A stretch of 64,000 nt of DNA from Macrostomum hystrix. Taxonomy: Eukaryota; Animalia; Platyhelminthes. Shown one piece after another: positions 59,101 through 64,000 of the stretch; positions within the stretch are counted from its first letter, which is position 1; each line of letters begins with the position of its first letter. The notes under the pieces were generated by a model, which saw only the letters and a program-made list of their open reading frames with translations, was not told the origin of the DNA and did not search any database. The position numbers and the translations under genes are program-made. The DNA lies in NCBI GenBank assembly GCA_950097015.1, contig CATNEN010000039.1, positions 5,270,001 to 5,334,000 on the forward strand, given 5' to 3'.

Positions 59101-62100
59101 GAGCCTCCAGCTGGACCAGCTGCTCCTGAGCGGCGTCTCGTTGCCTCTCGGCGGCGGCTGCCTCGGCCCGAATCTCCTCCAGAGCCCGGCGTCGCAGGTC
59201 CAATTCGTCGCGGCAGTCCTGCAGGCGGGCCCGCTTGTCCCTGGCGGCCTCGTCTAGTCGCTGCAGCTCCGCTTTGGCTTCGGCATTGTCGGAGCGTCGA
59301 CGCTCGCGAAGTCGACGCCTCAGTGAAGCGACTCGATCTTGAAGGCTGTGCAGGTAGTCCTCTAAATCGTGATGCTCCGGGACGTTGCAGAACAGACCCT
59401 GCTGCTGCTGCTGCTGCTGCAGACTCTGGGCAGAGGCGGATAGCATTGCCGCAGCAGCTGGGTCCATGCCGAAGCCGTTCGGCTGCGCGTGAGTTGGTTG
59501 GTTGGCTTTAGTTAAACAAAAAAACTAAAAAACCAGAGACTGCACTGGCGCGAGGACAAAGCTACCGTAAAATAGAAACAAATTCCCTCAATTGAAGTTC
59601 ATTATTATATTCTGTTGGGTAATTTGCTCAGAGGGGGTTAAGATACTGCTCTCGGCTTTCGTGCGCTCTCATTGTGCTTGTGAGCAGTGTGGCATTCGCA
59701 CTCAAGCTCAGCAGGTTGGAGTAGCTAGAGAATGCCTGAGAATTCAATACTCAGTTTTGTGCCTTAAAATAACATAATTGCAATTGTATTCTAGTAAGCC
59801 GGGACTGCAGATAATGCACATATACGATCGCAAGATAACAGAACAATAACAATCTCAACTTTTCAGAGATTCTAACAAATTTACTACTGCTGCATAAGTA
59901 GTGTAGTTACTCTAGAAACTCCAATGAACTAAAATAAATTTGTTCTCAGTGTTTTAATAGACCCTGAGAAACCCTGAAAAAAACCCAGCGGGTACAGCAT
60001 TCCGACTACTGGCTTAGAGGTCGGGAGTTCGAATCTAAGCCCATTGGAAACAATTCGTGCCCCTTAGGAAGACACTAAATTCCATTATACTTCAGTTTAT
60101 CCAGCAGCAAAATGGTTATCAGCATTTGTTGGTCTATATCCACGGCCCGGTCCACGGACTGAACAGCTGAACACATAACCTTTCAATGAACCACTGGCGC
60201 GGCTAGGTATATCTTATTCTAATCGAATCTATATATAATTCTAGATAAGAATTTATGAAATAATAAATTGGGTATTAGCAATGGGATTCTGAGAATTGGG
60301 AGTCTGAGTAGTCGGATTCTGAGCAGAGGGATTTTGAGAAGTGGAATTCCAAGAAGAGGGATCCAGACAAGAGGGATTCTGAGCAGTGGGATTTTGAGTA
60401 GTGGGATTCTGAGCCGTGGGATTTTGAGCAGTGGGATTCTGAGCAGTGGGATTCTGCGAATGAAGATTCAGAAAAACAGGATTTCAGGAAAGGGATTTTG
60501 AGAAGTGAGATTCTGAGCAGTGGGATTTTGAGCAGTGGGATTTTGAGAAGTGAGATTCTGAGCAGTGGGATTCTGAGCCGTGGGATTTTGAGCAGTGAGA
60601 TTCTGAGCAGTGGGATTCTGCGAATGAAGATTCAGAAAAACAGGATTGCAGGAAAGGGATTTTGAGAAGTGAGATTCTGAGCAGGGGATTCTGCGAATGA
60701 AGATTCAGAAAAACGGGATTCCAATAAAAGGGATTCCAGGAAAAGGGATTCCAGGAAAAGGGATTGCAGGAAAAGGGATTCCAGGAAAAGGGATTCCAGG
60801 AAAAGGGATTCCAGGAAAAGGGATTCCAGGAAAAGGGATTCCAGGAAAAGGGATTCCAGGAAAAGGGATTCCAGGAAAAGGGATTCCAGGAAAAGGGATT
60901 CCAGGAAAAGGGATTCCAGGAAAAGGGATTCCAGGAAAAGGGATTCTGAGAAGTGGGATAGGGCAGTCACTCTAATGACATGCCCCTACCTTGCTCACCT
61001 GGAATTCAGCACCAGCGGAGCCAACCAAATTTAAATGGTTCGGCACACTCCATCTGTGCTTTGGCGACAGCAACGGCTGCTGCTGCTGCTGCGGGTCCAG
61101 CAGATGCGAATAAGGCGCAGTTGCCCTGGCGAAATTGTGCCTCAGTGCGAATACGTCCCGTTGAACCTGAGCAAAGTCCGGCACAGACTGGGCCGAGTCA
61201 GCGGAACCGCGAACGCCAACCAGTCTGTCCAGGAGGTCGTTCAGCCGAATGATCTCGGCTCGTTGGGCGTCCAGGACCCGGCCGAGTTCGGCTGTCTCCG
61301 TCTGGGCCTGGGCCGACGAGGCCTGCCTAGCCGCCGCTGATTCTCTGTCCCGCAGCCGCTCTGTCAGGTCGTCAATTGTCTCCTGCGCGCGTTTCAGCTC
61401 GAACACCGTGGACATCATCTCCTTCTCCCAGGCGCTGCGGTCTTGCTCGCGGGCCCGCTCGAGCTCGCTGCGCTGCGCCTGCCGGGGACCGCCGGATTTC
61501 CGTTAAGCTGCTCAGTGACTGTCCCACACCCTGACTGTCCCACACCCTGACTGACCTACACCCTGACTGTCCCACACCCCGACTGTCCCACACCCAGACT
61601 GACCCACACCCTGACTGTCCCCCACCCTGACTGTCCCACACCCTGACTGTCCCACAACCTGATTGTCCCACACCCTGACTGTCCCACAACCTGACCGTCC
61701 CACACCCTGACTGCCCCACACCCTGACTGTCCCACACCCTGACAGTACCACACCCTGACTGTCCCACACCCTGATTGTCCCACACCATGACTGTCCCACA
61801 CCCTGACTGCACCACACCCTGACTGCCCCACACCCTGACTGTCCCACACCCTGACTGTCCCACACCCTGATTGTCCCACACCATGACTGTCCCACACCCT
61901 GACTGCACCACACCCTGACTGCACCACACCCTGACTGTCCCACACCCTGACTGTCCCACACCCTGACTGTCCCACACCCTGATTGTCCCACACCCTGACT
62001 GTCCCACACCCTGACTGTCCCACAACCTGATTGTCCCACACCCTGACTGTCCCACACCCTGACTGTTCCACACCGACTGTCCCACAACCAGACCAGCCTA

Positions 62101-63625
62101 GCCACACTGTACATTTTAAGCCAATAAGTATTTAATCAACCAGATCTCGAGCCTCAGCATCAGCCATCCATCACATGTCCCACCTGCATGTCCCTTCGCC
62201 GCAAGTCGGCCTCCAGCTGCTGAATCCTGGCGTTGGCCGCCTCCAATCGACGCGAATGCCTCAGATCGGCGCTCATCGACCTCTTCAAAGAAGTTAGCTG
62301 CCTGTTGATGCCGTTAAAGACGCCCTCCTCGCCGCTGGACATCGGTTCGTAGAGGCTGCGCTTTGGCTGACGGGGATTCTGCTGCTGCTGCTGCTGTTGC
62401 TGCAGGGATAACCGGCTGCCCCCAGCCCTGCTGCGAGCCGACGGTCCCGGAGGCGGCAAACTTGTCGGCCGTCTGGGAGGCGGTTGGCGGCGTTCGCCGC
62501 GCTCCGCGTCGCTGTAGTTCTCGTTGCCCTCGTGGTCCTCTAGATCATTGTAATCGTCGTCATCATCGTCGTCAGAGCTCCAGGGATTCACTGGGCGATT
62601 GTGTGAGACAATCGACACACGTGGCTGCTGCTGCTGCTGATGCTGTGAGTAGGAGTTGCGCCAATGCTTTGTATGAGCGTAAAAGGCGCAAAAAGCCTCT
62701 CCTAGAGGTTATTCGCTGTGGAACTGTCCTCGTTAGGAGAAGTTTGGTGTGGGACATGGTGTGGGACATGGTGTGGGACATGGTGTGGGGCATGATGGTT
62801 TCAAAGGCAGCAAACTTGTCGACCGTGTGACAGTCTAATATTAAGGTAGTTTCGGTGTGGGACAGCTGGGCGCGGCACAGTGTCTGGGTGTGGGGTAGTC
62901 AGGGTGTGGTGCAGTCAGGGTGTGGGTCAGTCAGGGTGTGGGACAATCTGGGTGTGGTGCAGTCAGGGTGTGGGTCAGTCAGGGTGTGGGTCAGTCAGGG
63001 TGTGGTGCAGTCAGGGTGTGGTGCAGTCAGGGTGTGGTGCAGTCAGGGTGTGGTGCAGTCAGGGTGTGGTGCAGTCAGGGTGTGGGACAGTCAGGGTGTG
63101 GGACAGTCAGGGTGTGGGACAGTCAGGGTGTATGTCAGTCAGGCTGTGGGACAGTCAGGGTGTGGGTCAGTCAGGCTGTGGGACAGTCAGGGTGTGGGCC
63201 AGTCAGGGTGTGGTGCAGTCAGGACGTAAAAAATCAACCTTGGCTGGTGTTCCGCGGGTGGCTCCTCGCCACTGTTTCCGAGGCCTGGCATCTTCGGCAT
63301 CATCGCGGGCCTCATTACGACGACGATCGTAGAAATCGTCGGCCGCTGTCGCCGCAGCGTCAGGTTCGTCGGCAGCTTCGGAATCGTCGTCGCTGCGCAG
63401 ACGTCGCCGTCCAGAGCCGCTGGCAAGCATGTTTGAATGCTGGCGATAAGTGCCGCCGCTGCCGCCGCGCTTCAACAGCTCGGCCTCAGTTGGCAGGCGA
63501 ATCGGCCGGTTTTGAGAGGCCTCGCGGCTGCTTGAGTCCGCTTGCTTTCCTAGAATCCTAGTCCTAGACTCAACGCGTTCTTCTTCTTTCTCCTCCTCGC
63601 CTGGTTTTTCTTCCGGTGGCTGGCA
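50195..63625 (-). CDS. CNTRL: Long coiled-coil protein, centriolin-like (3' portion; 5' end beyond window)
   Basis: About 15 phase-compatible exons: ~63620-63239, 62642-62184, 61478-60999, ~59480-59076, ~58620-58172, ~58070-57943, 56977-56696, ~55700-55399, ~54310-54089, ~53697-53573, 53139-53023, ~52535-52333, ~52168-51950, ~51424-51283 and ~50620-50195. The sequence is heptad-rich throughout. FCNVPEHHDLED matches the centriolin CNxPEHHxLE motif as I recall it. Confidence 0.6.
51480..51845. repeat. 30/33-bp intronic minisatellite (caaaatctcacctctcctagactgccgtct)
   Basis: Direct reading. Confidence 0.9.
52577..53000. repeat. 30-bp intronic minisatellite (ggatctgtggaaggaggtgggtcagtctgg) x~14
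   Basis: Fills the intron ~52536-53022. Confidence 0.95.
53272..53530. repeat. 24-bp intronic minisatellite (cctcctaagcttcagggtcagcta)
   Basis: About 11 copies. Confidence 0.9.
54421..55345. repeat. 29-bp intronic minisatellite (agctcaatctgaggatctgggagaatagc) x~32
   Basis: Direct reading. Confidence 0.95.
55790..56210. repeat. 20-bp G-rich intronic minisatellite (ggggcggagtaggttgtgaa)
   Basis: Direct reading. Confidence 0.9.
56988..57920. repeat. 35-bp intronic minisatellite (gtggcttgtctatgacccattctggatgtcatatt) x~26
   Basis: Makes up nearly all of intron 56978-57942. Confidence 0.95.
58655..58850 (-). mobile_element. SINE family B copy with internal deletion
   Basis: The block cgtaaattgcacgacaagcccccaagccttc is identical to 32378-32408, and the cccattccgctgactc tail is shared with the 17085-17410 copy. 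Confidence 0.7.
59985..60205 (+). mobile_element. SINE family A, diverged copy
   Basis: cttagaggtcgggagttcgaat...aagacactaaa...cttcagtttatccagc...gtccacggactgaacagctg matches family A. Confidence 0.7.
60270..60960. repeat. Compound intronic minisatellite (degenerate gggattctgagcagt units plus a pure 15-bp ccaggaaaagggatt block)
   Basis: Direct reading. Confidence 0.9.
61515..62090. repeat. 16-bp intronic minisatellite (ctgactgtcccacacc)
   Basis: About 35 copies. Confidence 0.95.
62855..63223. repeat. 16-bp intronic minisatellite, inverted relative to 61515-62090 (ggtgtgggacagtcag)
   Basis: The unit is the reverse complement of the 61515-62090 unit, including the ctgactgcaccacacc variant. 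Confidence 0.95.
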
Positions 63626-64000
63626 GCGGGAAAATGGAAGCAGTTTTATTTAGCACGGCTTACCAAGGAGGGGGGCAGCAATTGAGAAGATTGGCAGGCC
63701 TACGAGGTGGGTATAATAAAATTCAATAGGCGAGCACGGGGGCAGCCACTCCTCACATCGCCATATCCTCCAGTTAAATTATCCTCAAAGGCCTGAAGGG
63801 ACTTTCCATTGCAGGTGGGTCATTTTTGGACGAGAGGAAGAATGCAATTTAAAATTCCCTCAGTTGCGACGTTTTTATATCCCATTTTTATATTAATATT
63901 CTATTATTAATAATAGAATAGTCGCGCTGCAACACGACTTTGCCTTCTTAAAGCATTAAATCACTAAAGACAGGCACTGATTTTCATAAATCATAATTCA

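Overview
Eukaryotic (metazoan) genomic DNA with spliceosomal introns, GC- and CAG-rich exons, AT-rich intergenic DNA and very dense minisatellites. The style resembles the flatworm Macrostomum, which is an inference and is not verified. Genes in order: two tandem intronless divergent TRPV-like channel paralogs (+); a secreted PAN/Apple + ALK/LTK-type glycine-rich protein (-); a calmodulin-like EF-hand protein (+); tRNA-Val(TAC); FAM177A1-like (-); WDR59 (GATOR2, -); a secreted WSC+PAN protein (+); ZSWIM2 (+); CDK12/13-like kinase (+); TMX1-like thioredoxin (-); and the 3' part of a long coiled-coil, centriolin-like gene (-) that runs off the window. Mobile DNA includes a hAT-like MITE, an internally deleted P-type element with a THAP remnant and a perfect 8-bp TSD, and two tRNA-derived SINE families. 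The most notable observations are five. (i) About 25 distinct minisatellites fill most long introns; many units read as branch point + pyrimidine tract + AG modules, and three arrays share one core. (ii) A frame-symmetric exon is flanked by inverted copies of one minisatellite. (iii) A 395-bp near-identical tract is shared by two otherwise divergent TRP-like paralogs. (iv) One SINE family carries a degenerate hammerhead-like core. (v) Same-strand gene pairs with an acceptor just upstream of the ATG suggest SL trans-spliced operons. Exon boundaries were read by eye and family assignments are from motif recognition only; no database search was run.
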